From the NCBI GenBank assembly GCA_038999725.1, contig JAWBWS010000001.1:32001-96000 (forward strand): a stretch of 64,000 nucleotides of DNA. Reading direction: 5' to 3'. Source of the DNA: Candidatus Aenigmatarchaeota archaeon. Lineage in GTDB: Archaea; Aenigmatarchaeota; Aenigmatarchaeia; CG10238-14; SCSR01. The number at the start of each line of letters is the position of its first letter. Within the stretch, counting starts at the first letter, position 1. The notes under the pieces were generated by a model. That model made no database searches and had not been told where the DNA came from. It worked only from the letters and a program-made list of their open reading frames with translations. Below, piece after piece: positions 1-11,099 of this stretch. The translations under genes were made by a program, and so were the position numbers.

Positions 1-2
1 CG

Positions 3-3000
3 TTCTGGATAACAAGAGACGGTGTGAACTATGATTATAATTTAACATGCTTATCTTACCTTGGTAATTGTACCACAAACTACAATCCTAACTGCAGCTC
101 TTCTGTTGGAATTCAATATTGGAAAGCTGGTGCAACAGATGCCTGCTACCAAAAAGTTAACACGAGCAATGTAAGTTTAACAGTTTACGGTCAACTTAAC
201 ATTTCCATCATCCAACCAACATATGGAAAAATAATAAACCGTGATAAAATCACAAACTTCAACGCAAGCGTAAGTGATGATTGCAATCAACAAATAACAG
301 ATGCTTCTGTGAATTGGTACAATTCTTCTGGTAATTTCCTTGCCTCTGGTTATAACACCAACTGGAAAGTTCCTGCCACTTATAAATTAGGCCTTGAGAC
401 GATTTATTCAAATGTAACAAGACAATATTATGATGGTAACTCAAATGTCACGCTTGTTTATGTTTATGGTTGGAGTGATGTAAGCTATATAGAACCTTCA
501 AATTCTTCTGTTTATTCAGCTGGCTCTTTAATAAACATTAAATGTAAGGTTATAGATGGTAATACATCCTTGCCTCTAGAAAATTATGCTGTCTTCTTTT
601 ACAAGAATGGAAACAATTTTGCGAACAGCTCTACAAATTCTGACGGTATTGCAACAGCTTGGTGGAACACAATTGGTGAAAGTGCTGGTTGGTACAATTT
701 AACTTGTGTGATAAAAGACAATTCAACCCAATATTACAATGCCTCTATTTCACAAAGGGAGACTTGGATAAGGATAACAAGACCTTTGATAATCGATCAA
801 ATAATACCACAATACTCTATTATATACAGAAATGACTCTTTCTTCCCCTACCAAACAAACATTAGTGTGCGTGTAAAGGACGCAAACATAGGCATTGCTA
901 CCAATGCAAATGTAAGTTTTTACAATTCCTCTAGCTTGCTTGGCAGTTGTTTAACAAATTCAATGGGCTGGTGTGAGTTAATAAATTTCAACCCAGAAGA
1001 TACGATAGCTCCACAAGCTTATGTTATCTATATTAATGCTACTCGTCCTGGAAATGAAAATTCTGAAACCAACTCAACATATATAATCATAAAAGGAAAG
1101 CTCAACACAACCATAATTTCTCCATTGAACAATAGCTACTATTCCAAATCTCAGCCAATTCCACTACAGGCTAATGGAACAAGCGAGAATGGAGAAAGTT
1201 TCTTGATTCTTAACCCAATAATCAGATGGTACAATGAAACTGCACAAATAGGAGAAGGTAACGATACGTTTTTGCCACAATGGAAAGTTGCTGAACAATC
1301 AACTGGCATACATCAATTCATGGCAGTTGCAAGTAAAGATTACTTTGATGACGGAAAGGCAAATGTCACAGTAACAATAACAGGCCTTGCTGATGTGAGT
1401 TGGGTCTTGCCTACAGGTATTGTTCCTTATCCAGAATCTTTTGAACCAACTTGTTTAGTTAAAGATCATGACTCTCAAGCTGGTATACCTAACTATGTTG
1501 TTAATTTCTCTTACAAGTGGGAACCTTCTACACAGTTTATATTTAATGGTAGCTATCTCACGAATTCTTCTGGTTATGCTAGTTATAGCTTCACACCAAC
1601 ACAAAAAGGACACATAACCTTTAACTGCACAATTGGAGACAATGAAAGTCAATACTACTCAGCAAATATCAAAGAAGATTTAGAAACAATTTGGGTTAAG
1701 GATGTAACTCCACCAAGAATTTCTGATGTTTCTATGGTTCCTAATACTAGTTTAGAAGCCAACTTAAATTCAACAATTATAACAGCAACGATTTGGGACA
1801 ATTATTGGATAAATTCTGTTTGGGTCAACATAACTCTGCCAAATCAAAGTTATGTGATAATTCCAATGAGCAACATCACAGTACCAGAAATTGGCTTTGG
1901 CTATTACAATGCAACTTATAGAGCAAGTTATTTGCCATCAGTTGAAGGAATTTACAGTGTGAGAATTTATGCAAAAGATGAGGCTCCTGAATATAATGTG
2001 AATTACACGTTCGCTGGCTACCTTGAAGTTTTCGGTAAATCTTATGGAAGTTTGGAGCAATGTGTTAACAACACAGAAGATGGCAATCTAACAGATTGTG
2101 ACAGTGAAATAGAGGCTCCCTTCATCACCCAAACTCAAGGCTTTAATTTTGAGGTTAAAGTTAACTTCACTAACTTGGGACCAACCACAATGTATTCGGT
2201 AAACTTGACACATCAAGACTCAGGATATATGAGTTACAATGAAAGTGAAAAGAATTGTGGTACTCTTTATGCTAGTCAGAGCTGTATTTGGATTTTCTTG
2301 GCAACAGTTTTACCAGCAACACCACCACAAACTTTAGAAACTAAGGTGAATGCAACATGGAGAAATCCTGATTTGAGTATAAACTCGAGTGTGGGTATAA
2401 CTCAAATAAATGTTCACTCTAATCCTGTGCTCAACATACTCCAAGAGAAATTAGAGAATATTACACCTCACAACAAATACAGTTTTGTTGGAATTTTAAA
2501 TGTTTCATCGGATGGAAATGATGAAGTGTTGAATGTTGGGTTGGATGCCTTTGGTTTGTCAACACTGCCAGAAGGTCATAAAAGCTTTGCTGCTTGTTCA
2601 TTTGGTAATCAAAGTTGCGAACTTGTACTTATACCAACCCAACTTGGAAGCATGCCAGCAGGAACTCGATTGCCTGTTAATGTTTATGTTAATATTCCAT
2701 TTGGTACCTCTCCAGGCTTCTACTTATTGAACATAAGAGCTTACGGGGAAGCTCCTCTCGGCGGAACTTTAACCGACACTGCATTGTTAAATATAACTAT
2801 TCCTCTGAACACAAGTTGGGTGAGAACTCCTGAAACATTTGGCACAATTCTCGCTCCTTTAAACACTAGAGGAATAATTGGATACATAAATGTTTCAAAC
2901 ATAGGTAATGTGAAAATAGGCTTTTCTCAATCAGAGCAAGATTGTGGGAGTGAAATAGGTGGACAACTTGGTGGAACTCTGCTTGTCTCAGAAGATCCTT

Positions 3001-6000
3001 CTACAGGATTTGATGTTGAAAGAACTTCTTACAGGCTTATAAATGTGACGTACAATGTGCCGTCAAGTCAACCAGAAGGCTTGTATTGTGTGAGAATTGT
3101 AATAAAGAATTCAACAGCAACTCCGAGCCAGCAATCCACTAATGTTATATTGAACGTTACTGATGTTCCACCAACAATAACAGATGTTTTGATTTATCCA
3201 ACTGTTTTTGAAATTGGTTTTGAAAATGTAACAATTCAAGCAAAGATAACTGACAATTTTGGTGTGAATGATAGCTGGATAAATGTCACTCAACCAGATG
3301 GCTCAATTGTAATTCAGCCTATGAATGTCTTTGACTCAACTTACAATACAACTTATTCGAGTTTGAAGGTTGGAATCCATAAAGTAAAGATTTGTGCAAG
3401 GGATGTTCGAAACTTAACAGGTTGCACTCAAGAATATGAAATAGAAGGTTCGGAAACTACCTTCCTCGAAATCTTGCCAAATGTAACAAAAATAATTGCA
3501 AACAACATAACCATTTATTCTCCCCAAACATTCTCGATAAATGTAACCTTAAACAACACTGGTGGCTCAAGAGCCAAAGATGTTAACTTGAGTATAGAAG
3601 GTTCTGAAAATGTGAGCTCAGACCCACAATTGCTATATTATGGTTTAATATCCAAGTGGTCTTCCAAGAGCAATGTAACAACTATAACAATAGCTGCAAA
3701 CACTGTGCCTGGTTTATATCATGCTAACCTAACTGTAAATTGGACCAATTTGAATAACACGCTCGGCAGAAACAATTTAACACTTGAAATAAATGTAACT
3801 GAAAATCAATTTGTTCATGCTTTAGAAGAAAAGCTAACAATGTTAATAGAAGCTGGTACTGCTAGTACTAAAAAGTTCACAATAAAGTCGGCTGGGAATG
3901 TTAATGCTACCAATATAACCTTTGCTTGCTATTCTGGTGAAGTTTGCTCTAATTTCACAGTATCATTTAGTCCAGATAACATAAACTCCTTGGGTGTAGG
4001 GGAAACTGCTAACATAAATATAACTGTAACAGTTCCACCAAACTATCTTTCAGGTACTCACTTAGGTATTGTGAGAATAAATTATGATGAAGAATACGCA
4101 GAACTTTTGATAGAAGTTAGAGTACCTATGAACATCTCCTGGATGCAAACTCCCCCTGTGTTGAAGAAGAAAGTTTTCGGAAATGAATCTGGAACTTTTG
4201 GTGTAATAACTATAATCAACACAGGTAATACACCAATCCCAATGAACATGAGTGTTAATGGAACTATTGCTGATAAGTTGTTACTTAATGCAACACAGTT
4301 TACACTAGGATATAGGGAAGTTAAATATATAGGGGTGAACTATTCTTCTCCAGATGTTGAGAGAGACTCAAACTTCACAGGCTTTATAACAAGTCAAATA
4401 ATTGGTGATTTGGCTGAGAACGCTTCAGTTAGAGAGATATCAACTTACGCTGAACTTTATGTCTACAACTACAAGGTTTCTGTAATAACTCCAAATAAAG
4501 ATAGCCCGATTTTGAATGTCAATCCAGGAGATTTGTTGCTGGCTAAAGTTAATGTGACATCAAATTCAACTCCAGTAACAGTTGGTATGAGTTTTGATGT
4601 TGCAGTTTATAATTCTTCAACATCCCTACAAGCGAACATTAACTCTTCTCAATTCAACAGTTCAGATTCTCTCTGGTATGTTAGATTTTACGCCCCAAGC
4701 TTAAGTTTGGCTAGGATTTACAACCTCAACATCACTGCAAACTACACTTTATTTGAAGGTAGGGTAAGGTCTAGTTTTTCAGAAGACTCTATTGTTTATA
4801 AAGATGAAGTAAAGCCTGAAATAGATGTTTACATGCCAATAAGAATAGCTGCAAACACAAGTGTACCAATAAAAGTAAATGTAACGGAAGATGGCGGTCT
4901 TAAAAATGTTTCATTCTGGGTGAAGTATCCGGATGGCTCAATTGAAGAAATTGACCTACAGTTTATGGGTAGATTTGATAATAATTACACTTATGCTACA
5001 AACTTCACCAATACTTCCTTAATTGGTATATACACTCTCTCAGTAAAGGCTTGTGATTTAAGTGAGAATTGTGCTGAAAGAAGCAAAACATTTGAAATTT
5101 ATCCAACTGCATTCTTCTCTGGCTACGCTAAGAATGTAGAAGAAATAGAAGAGTCACCACTCTTACTCAACTTCTTGTTCTATGACGTCAACACAACCAA
5201 TTTAAGATTTAATTTCACTTCAAATGCTTCAACAGGCTATTACAATGAGACAATTGACCTGAAATCTTATGATCTTGTTATAGCAACAAAAGATGAAGGT
5301 TTCAAAAACTCCATTAATTTCTACAACCTTACAATTCTCACAAACTTTTTCAATCCTGTAATTCTTGGAAAAATATCAAACACGAGAACAACTAGCAGTG
5401 CGCTCAAAGGAATTTACTTTGATACTGTATTAAATGCATCAAACATCACTCTCACCATAGAATTCTCTGATTGTGTCAATGAAGGTTGTGGAGTCAGAAT
5501 TTTTGATCCAAATCATTTAGGAATCTACAAATACCAAGGAAACTGGACACCTAAAGTTAGCCACTCACAAAACACTTTATGGACAAGAGTAAGCAATCTT
5601 GCTGGAGACAATTCTGATAATTCGGTGAATTTAACGACTCTTACAGCAACGGCAAGAATTCCTGGTAAGGGAGTTTATATTTTGGCAGAATTCATTTGTG
5701 GAAATAATGAATGCGAAACTACATTAGGAGAGAACACTAATAATTGCCCGATGGATTGTCCTTCAGTACCATCTGCACCTGCAGCTGCCCCGCCTGTTGC
5801 AGCTGCTCCACCAGGTCCTGGGATTGGACCTGCACCCACCATACCAAGCGTGCCTACTCCTGTGCCGTTTGAGATAAAATCAACTCTGCTTGAAACTGTG
5901 TTATTCCCAGGAGAAGAGAAAGTCTTTTCTATAGATATAACAAACAATTTAGATAATAGTGTAGGTGCTACTGTTACCGTAGAAGGACCTGCTTTTGCTT

Positions 6001-7730
6001 TGTTAACTGTACAAAGACCTGTATTGAGAGTGTTAGCAAAATCAACAGAAGTTGTTAACATAAAAGCTTATGCATCACCAACAACTGCTCCTGGAATTTA
6101 TCCTGGTGAGATAGTTGTCACAATTGGTAACTCTACTCACAGAACTCCTATAACAATAAAAGTTCAGGCAGTTGTAGAGCCTTTGCTTGACGTTAAAGTT
6201 AAAGTGTTATCAAAAACTGTAGCTCCTGGTGAAAATCTTGTCTTTGAGGTCTCACTCATAAACATGGGTCAAACTTCAAAAATTGAAGATATAACAGTAA
6301 CTTACAATATCAAACCAATATCAGATCCAACAAAAATCATTACAACAAGTAAAGAAACTTTAGCTGTAGAAAATATTTTGACTTATAGGAGAGAAATTCA
6401 AATTCCAGAAGATGTACCACAAGAAAGGTATATAATTGAAGTCAACGCAAGTTATTGGTATGGAAGGAAATATGCTTCCTCTGCTGATAGTTTTGATGTT
6501 AGTGAATTGCCTGTACCTCTTGTAATATTAAGAGCAGTCCTCCTTAATCCACTAACTTATATTGTATTGTTCTTGGGAGTGCCCTCTGTAATAATAGGAG
6601 GTAGATGGTATGCAGCTTACCGAGCAGCAAAGCTTGCAAAAGCAAGGTATATTGCACCCATCGATTTCAAGGCCTTGCCTAAAGCTGGACCAAACTCTAT
6701 AGAGGTTGGAAAAATTGCGGAAACAGATATTAAAGCCTATATAGATATTTCTCAGTTGATAATGCACTCTATAGCGGCCGGTGGTACTGGTTCAGGTAAG
6801 TCTGTCTCCGCCATGATATGTGCTGAAGAATTGCTTAAGAGAAAAGTCCCAGTTATAGTATTTGATCCAACTGCACAGTGGACAGGATTCATGAAGCCAT
6901 GTAAACTTAAACCCATGTTAGATTTGTATCCAAAGTTCGGGCTTAAACCAACGGATGCAACGAGCTTCAAAACAAATATAGTGCTTGTGGAAGATCCTAA
7001 CATGGAAATAGATTTGAAGAAATACATGAATCCAGGTGAAATTACGGTCTTTGTGATGAACAAGCTCAAGCCTGAGCAGTTAGACGCCTTTGTTAGAAGA
7101 AGTGTACAGGCTGTGTTTGACATGAGGCCACCAGAATCTAAAGAGATAAAGCTCTTGATGGTGTGGGATGAGGTTCACAGATTGCTTCCAAAGTATGGAG
7201 GTAAGGGAGGATATGTTGCAATTGAAAGGGCGTGTAGAGAATTCAGAAAATGGGGAATTGGTGTTTTTGTGATATCACAAGTTTTGTTAGATTTCAAGGG
7301 TGCAATTAGAGCAAACATAGCAAACGAAATTCAGTTGAGAACAAAATATGAAGGAGATATAGGAAGGGTGAAATCGAAGTATGGTGCTGAGTATGCTTCC
7401 AAAGTTACAAGGCTTACAATTGGTACTGCACTATTCCAGAATCCTGAGTACAACCATGGAAGACCTTGGTTCATCAGCTTTAGGCCCTTGCTACACTCTC
7501 CATTTGCTTTAACTGATGAAGAAATTAATCAATATGTGAAACTAAATAAGAAAATTGAAGAAATTGGAGGGAAAATAGAGAAATTGAAGGGAAAAGGTGT
7601 AGACACTTACGATTTAGAAATAGAGTTGAACATCGCTAAAGATAAGATTAAAACAGCAGCCTTCAAGATGGCCGAAACTTACTTAGAATCTATAGAAAAA
7701 AGAATTGAAAAATTTGAAAAAGGTAAGTAA
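3..7730 (+). CDS. Giant membrane-anchored surface glycoprotein (Ig-like/NEW3-like repeats, Cys-rich motif, Pro/Ala linker) fused after a TM helix to a HerA/FtsK-like (DUF87-type) ATPase; 5'-truncated by the window edge
   Basis: Frame is open from position 3 (FWITRDGVNY...). Very many NxS/T sequons, CGNNECETTLGENTNNCPMDC motif, TM PLTYIVLFLGVPSVIIGG, Walker A GGTGSGKS, Walker B LLMVWDEVH, REFRKWG and ISQ motifs. Confidence 0.85.
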   Translation, partial: FWITRDGVNYDYNLTCLSYLGNCTTNYNPNCSSSVGIQYWKAGATDACYQKVNTSNVSLTVYGQLNISIIQPTYGKIINRDKITNFNASVSDDCNQQITDASVNWYNSSGNFLASGYNTNWKVPATYKLGLETIYSNVTRQYYDGNSNVTLVYVYGWSDVSYIEPSNSSVYSAGSLINIKCKVIDGNTSLPLENYAVFFYKNGNNFANSSTNSDGIATAWWNTIGESAGWYNLTCVIKDNSTQYYNASISQRETWIRITRPLIIDQIIPQYSIIYRNDSFFPYQTNISVRVKDANIGIATNANVSFYNSSSLLGSCLTNSMGWCELINFNPEDTIAPQAYVIYINATRPGNENSETNSTYIIIKGKLNTTIISPLNNSYYSKSQPIPLQANGTSENGESFLILNPIIRWYNETAQIGEGNDTFLPQWKVAEQSTGIHQFMAVASKDYFDDGKANVTVTITGLADVSWVLPTGIVPYPESFEPTCLVKDHDSQAGIPNYVVNFSYKWEPSTQFIFNGSYLTNSSGYASYSFTPTQKGHITFNCTIGDNESQYYSANIKEDLETIWVKDVTPPRISDVSMVPNTSLEANLNSTIITATIWDNYWINSVWVNITLPNQSYVIIPMSNITVPEIGFGYYNATYRASYLPSVEGIYSVRIYAKDEAPEYNVNYTFAGYLEVFGKSYGSLEQCVNNTEDGNLTDCDSEIEAPFITQTQGFNFEVKVNFTNLGPTTMYSVNLTHQDSGYMSYNESEKNCGTLYASQSCIWIFLATVLPATPPQTLETKVNATWRNPDLSINSSVGITQINVHSNPVLNILQEKLENITPHNKYSFVGILNVSSDGNDEVLNVGLDAFGLSTLPEGHKSFAACSFGNQSCELVLIPTQLGSMPAGTRLPVNVYVNIPFGTSPGFYLLNIRAYGEAPLGGTLTDTALLNITIPLNTSWVRTPETFGTILAPLNTRGIIGYINVSNIGNVKIGFSQSEQDCGSEIGGQLGGTLLVSEDPSTGFDVERTSYRLINVTYNVPSSQPEGLYCVRIVIKNSTATPSQQSTNVILNVTDVPPTITDVLIYPTVFEIGFENVTIQAKITDNFGVNDSWINVTQPDGSIVIQPMNVFDSTYNTTYSSLKVGIHKVKICARDVRNLTGCTQEYEIEGSETTFLEILPNVTKIIANNITIYSPQTFSINVTLNNTGGSRAKDVNLSIEGSENVSSDPQLLYYGLISKWSSKSNVTTITIAANTVPGLYHANLTVNWTNLNNTLGRNNLTLEINVTENQFVHALEEKLTMLIEAGTASTKKFTIKSAGNVNATNITFACYSGEVCSNFTVSFSPDNINSLGVGETANINITVTVPPNYLSGTHLGIVRINYDEEYAELLIEVRVPMNISWMQTPPVLKKKVFGNESGTFGVITIINTGNTPIPMNMSVNGTIADKLLLNATQFTLGYREVKYIGVNYSSPDVERDSNFTGFITSQIIGDLAENASVREISTYAELYVYNYKVSVITPNKDSPILNVNPGDLLLAKVNVTSNSTPVTVGMSFDVAVYNSSTSLQANINSSQFNSSDSLWYVRFYAPSLSLARIYNLNITANYTLFEGRVRSSFSEDSIVYKDEVKPEIDVYMPIRIAANTSVPIKVNVTEDGGLKNVSFWVKYPDGSIEEIDLQFMGRFDNNYTYATNFTNTSLIGIYTLSVKACDLSENCAERSKTFEIYPTAFFSGYAKNVEEIEESPLLLNFLFYDVNTTNLRFNFTSNASTGYYNETIDLKSYDLVIATKDEGFKNSINFYNLTILTNFFNPVILGKISNTRTTSSALKGIYFDTVLNASNITLTIEFSDCVNEGCGVRIFDPNHLGIYKYQGNWTPKVSHSQNTLWTRVSNLAGDNSDNSVNLTTLTATARIPGKGVYILAEFICGNNECETTLGENTNNCPMDCPSVPSAPAAAPPVAAAPPGPGIGPAPTIPSVPTPVPFEIKSTLLETVLFPGEEKVFSIDITNNLDNSVGATVTVEGPAFALLTVQRPVLRVLAKSTEVVNIKAYASPTTAPGIYPGEIVVTIGNSTHRTPITIKVQAVVEPLLDVKVKVLSKTVAPGENLVFEVSLINMGQTSKIEDITVTYNIKPISDPTKIITTSKETLAVENILTYRREIQIPEDVPQERYIIEVNASYWYGRKYASSADSFDVSELPVPLVILRAVLLNPLTYIVLFLGVPSVIIGGRWYAAYRAAKLAKARYIAPIDFKALPKAGPNSIEVGKIAETDIKAYIDISQLIMHSIAAGGTGSGKSVSAMICAEELLKRKVPVIVFDPTAQWTGFMKPCKLKPMLDLYPKFGLKPTDATSFKTNIVLVEDPNMEIDLKKYMNPGEITVFVMNKLKPEQLDAFVRRSVQAVFDMRPPESKEIKLLMVWDEVHRLLPKYGGKGGYVAIERACREFRKWGIGVFVISQVLLDFKGAIRANIANEIQLRTKYEGDIGRVKSKYGAEYASKVTRLTIGTALFQNPEYNHGRPWFISFRPLLHSPFALTDEEINQYVKLNKKIEEIGGKIEKLKGKGVDTYDLEIELNIAKDKIKTAAFKMAETYLESIEKRIEKFEKGK

Positions 7731-9203
7731 ATGCCTGAAAAAATTAAGAAGGAAGAATTGTTAAAAGAGATTGCTGATATAAAGTCTTTGATATCTCATT
7801 TAGAAGATGAGTATAGGAAAGCAAGCATCTCAGAAAAAAATTATCAGGAACTAAGGAAGAAATATTCAGAAAGATTGAAAGAATTAGAAGAGAAGTTGGG
7901 ACTCAAAGAAGAAGAAAAACCAAAGGGTGGTTTTTTAAAAAAGCTATTAGGAGAGAAAGAAGCTAAACCAAAGGTAAAATTAGAGGAAGTTGAAAAACCT
8001 GAAAGAGGAGAGCTTGAAGTTGGAGAAATTGAAGAGATGACACCAGAAGTTATAGAAAGGTTGGCACGGCAAGTAGCTGAAGAATCGGGAGTAACTGCAA
8101 CTGAAACTGAAGTAGAAGAAGAAATACCTGAAAAACCAGAAAGTATGCCATTAATTGAGATAGAAAAATTGAAAGCGATGATTGATGCTATAAGAGAAGC
8201 AAAACATGCTACAGATGAAACCATACACAATATCTCTGAAAGCATAGGTGAGTTGAGGTCGATGATATTTCAAACAGAAGGCTCTTTAAGGGAGACGATA
8301 TTAAAACTAGAGAAGATAGAAGATGAAGTATCCGAAATAAGGCCAAGAGAAATTGAAAAAAAGTTTAGGGAGTTGAACACAACTCTAGAAAAGCAACAAA
8401 TGCTTATTGAAAAATTTGATAGAAAGTCAGAAGATTTGTCAAACAAGATCAATGAAGTTCATAAAATTTTGAAGAGTATTGGTGGAATAGAAAATTTGAT
8501 TAACTTGAACAAAGATATACAAAAGAAAATTAAAGAAATGAAGGAAGCTCTTAAGTATACGGAAAGGCTTGCCCTTAAAACAGAGAAAATCTTCATTGAG
8601 TTGAATAAAAGTTTGGAAGATTTTGTGATTTATAAAGCAAGGCAAGAAAATTTGGATGAAGTGGTAAAAGAGTTAATAAAATCTGTTGATGGAATAAATT
8701 CAAAACTTGAAACTTTTTTAACTAGAAGAGATTTAGAAATGGTCAAAAGCGATATTCTGGTGCTACAAAAACAAATTGAAGAAATCAATAAAGTTTTGCC
8801 AGTTGCTCAAATAAAATTGCCTGAACCGATAACTGCTCTGAGAAAAGAAAGAGAAGATATTTTGCTTTTCTTAGACTCTTTGGAAGAGCAATTAAAAACG
8901 GGCAAAATAAGCATTGGAGAATATGAGGAAGTGAAGAGAAAAAATCTAAGTAAACTTTCGGAAATTGAAAACAAGTTGAAAAAGGAATGGGAAAAAATTG
9001 CAAAGTTGATAGAAAAGGGGGAAATTCCAAAAGAGGAAGAAGTTGTAGAAACTGAAGAAAGAGAAGAGATCCGAGAAGAAGAGCTAAGTTTAGAAGAGGA
9101 AAAACGGCTTTTAAAAGAAGAAGAAATACAGACAGAAGAAAGTGATGAGGGAAGGGAAGAAATGGCCGAAGTTCTTAAAAAGATTAAGGAGAGGGTAAAG
9201 TGA
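7731..9203 (+). CDS. Long coiled-coil, Glu/Lys-rich cytoplasmic protein
   Basis: 490-aa ORF abutting the previous stop codon; heptad-rich; two LE..x..G/A.IS...Y.E motifs; amphipathic GGFLKKLLG. Confidence 0.8.
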   Translation: MPEKIKKEELLKEIADIKSLISHLEDEYRKASISEKNYQELRKKYSERLKELEEKLGLKEEEKPKGGFLKKLLGEKEAKPKVKLEEVEKPERGELEVGEIEEMTPEVIERLARQVAEESGVTATETEVEEEIPEKPESMPLIEIEKLKAMIDAIREAKHATDETIHNISESIGELRSMIFQTEGSLRETILKLEKIEDEVSEIRPREIEKKFRELNTTLEKQQMLIEKFDRKSEDLSNKINEVHKILKSIGGIENLINLNKDIQKKIKEMKEALKYTERLALKTEKIFIELNKSLEDFVIYKARQENLDEVVKELIKSVDGINSKLETFLTRRDLEMVKSDILVLQKQIEEINKVLPVAQIKLPEPITALRKEREDILLFLDSLEEQLKTGKISIGEYEEVKRKNLSKLSEIENKLKKEWEKIAKLIEKGEIPKEEEVVETEEREEIREEELSLEEEKRLLKEEEIQTEESDEGREEMAEVLKKIKERVK

Positions 9204-9955
9204 TTATTGGGGTTATAAGCGCTAAAGGTGGTGTGGGAAAAACTACTGTCGTCTCTAATCTTGGAGCTGTTTTGGTTAAAGAGTTTGGAAAAAAAGTTCT
9301 TGTGGTAGATGGAAATATAACTACACCAACCCTTGGAATTCATCTAGGCATGCTTTCACAAGAGAAAACTATAGATGATGTTTTAGATGGAAATTTAATT
9401 TTTAATCAAGCAATATACATCCATCCATGCGGCTTACACATTGCACCTGCTAGCTTATCTTTGCGCACAAGATACCCTGATGTAGAAAAATTGAAAGAAA
9501 TATTGAGAGGGGTGAAAGAGTCTTATGATGTTATTTTTATTGATGGGGCTGCAGGCATAGGTAGAGAAGTCTTATCTACCATTCAAGCAAGCGATGGTGT
9601 TTTGGTTGTCACAAATCCAGAAATGACTTCTATTGTAGCTGCTATAAAGGCTATAAAAATTTCAAATACACTAAATATACCTGTTCTTGGAATAGTGATT
9701 AACAAAGTTACCAAAGGAAAACATGAATTAAAAATTTCTGATGTGGAAGAGTTGTGTGAAGTGAAAGTGATTTCCACCATACCCTATGATAAAAAGATAC
9801 CTGAAAGTATTAAAAAAATGACTCCAGTTGTTTTACTATATCCAAACTCACCCTCAAGTCTTGCCTTTAAATCTTTAGCAGCTTACATAATTGGAGAAGC
9901 CTATCCTAAGGAAACATTTTGGGATAAATTAAGGAAAATTTTAAGATTGGGTTAA
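9200..9955 (+). CDS. minD: MinD/ParA-family ATPase (paralog 1)
   Basis: Deviant Walker A SAKGGVGKTT, DGAAG, C-terminal amphipathic FWDKLRKILRLG. Confidence 0.9.
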   Translation: MIIGVISAKGGVGKTTVVSNLGAVLVKEFGKKVLVVDGNITTPTLGIHLGMLSQEKTIDDVLDGNLIFNQAIYIHPCGLHIAPASLSLRTRYPDVEKLKEILRGVKESYDVIFIDGAAGIGREVLSTIQASDGVLVVTNPEMTSIVAAIKAIKISNTLNIPVLGIVINKVTKGKHELKISDVEELCEVKVISTIPYDKKIPESIKKMTPVVLLYPNSPSSLAFKSLAAYIIGEAYPKETFWDKLRKILRLG

Positions 9956-10603
9956 ACTTTTGGCTTCTTCTTTTTCTATCAAAATCTCGTGAGAAAGATC
10001 GTGTATTAAGCTAGACAAATCTTCCAACTCTTTCATAAACATAGATTTATTCGAATCGGCCAAACCTTTACCTAGAGAAGAAATTTTATAAATATTTTTA
10101 AATCTACCTTCTAGTCTCTCCAATTTTTCTTTCTTAGCCACATCTACTTTATTTGCTACAAGAAGAAATGGATATCCGTCAAAAAATTTTCTAATATTTT
10201 CAAAATTCTTCAATTGATTCTCTATAGGTTCGGAATTTTCAGAGACATCAAAAAGATAAATAAAATATTTTAAATTCATTTTTTTCAATTCTTGTAAAAT
10301 ATTTGGCTGTCCATCAACAAGATGTGGAAGTTCTATGAATTGAAATTTTTGATCACCAAGAGTTGTTGTGGCAACATTCAAATTTTGGAACGGATGAAGT
10401 GAAGGATAAGATTTCGTTACCATGTTTATGAAAGAAGTTTTTCCACTTCCTTTCATACCTAAAACAACTATAGAGGGTAAGGATTTGAATTCCTTTATCA
10501 ATTTCTCTCTGAACACATAAAATCTCCAGAAGAAAATTGTAATAGAGGCTGCTAAAACTAAAGGGAGAGAGTGAAATATTGGGAAGCTTTCTGGAAGCAA
10601 CAT
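9941..10603 (-). CDS. Membrane-anchored small P-loop GTPase
   Basis: N-terminal TM; G1 GMKGSGKTS; G4 NKVD; G5 ISS; G3 degenerate (ELPH). Confidence 0.75.
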   Translation of the reverse strand: MLLPESFPIFHSLPLVLAASITIFFWRFYVFREKLIKEFKSLPSIVVLGMKGSGKTSFINMVTKSYPSLHPFQNLNVATTTLGDQKFQFIELPHLVDGQPNILQELKKMNLKYFIYLFDVSENSEPIENQLKNFENIRKFFDGYPFLLVANKVDVAKKEKLERLEGRFKNIYKISSLGKGLADSNKSMFMKELEDLSSLIHDLSHEILIEKEEAKSLTQS

Positions 10604-10607
10604 TTCA

Positions 10608-11051
10608 TCACTTCATGATAGATAGTAGCTTGTCAATTAATAATATCTCACCATAAATAATTAAGCATAAGCCAAAGAAAAAACTCAAAAATTGAAGGAT
10701 TGTAAATGGGAAATCCACCATAGCTATCGTGAAATTAAAACCCACTCCTATCCAGAATAAATTTTTCTCCAAGAAATCCTTAAAGAGTAAGAAGAGAAAA
10801 AGGAAAGGTAAAACTAAAACAAATGCCCCTGCTACTGGAAAAAAGATTGAATGTTCTTTTGGACAATTCATCTCGGTATAAGTTCCGAGTTCGGAATCAA
10901 GAAGAACTAACTTTATTCCCTTGCACCCCATACCCATGCCCAGAAAAAAATGACCCATCTCATGCATTAACAAAGTGGAAGAACAAATAAGAAGGTTGAA
11001 AAGGGTGACAAAAAGCAGGGGAAGGATTATATATTTTTTGACTTTTTTCAT
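10608..11051 (-). CDS. Small polytopic membrane protein with HExxH (M50-like zinc peptidase)
   Basis: LMHEMGH within the first TM; four hydrophobic segments. Confidence 0.6.
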   Translation of the reverse strand: MKKVKKYIILPLLFVTLFNLLICSSTLLMHEMGHFFLGMGMGCKGIKLVLLDSELGTYTEMNCPKEHSIFFPVAGAFVLVLPFLFLFLLFKDFLEKNLFWIGVGFNFTIAMVDFPFTILQFLSFFFGLCLIIYGEILLIDKLLSIMK

Positions 11052-11099
11052 AATTCTAATTTCTGTTACAATTAATTAAATCTTCACCAAATTATTATT

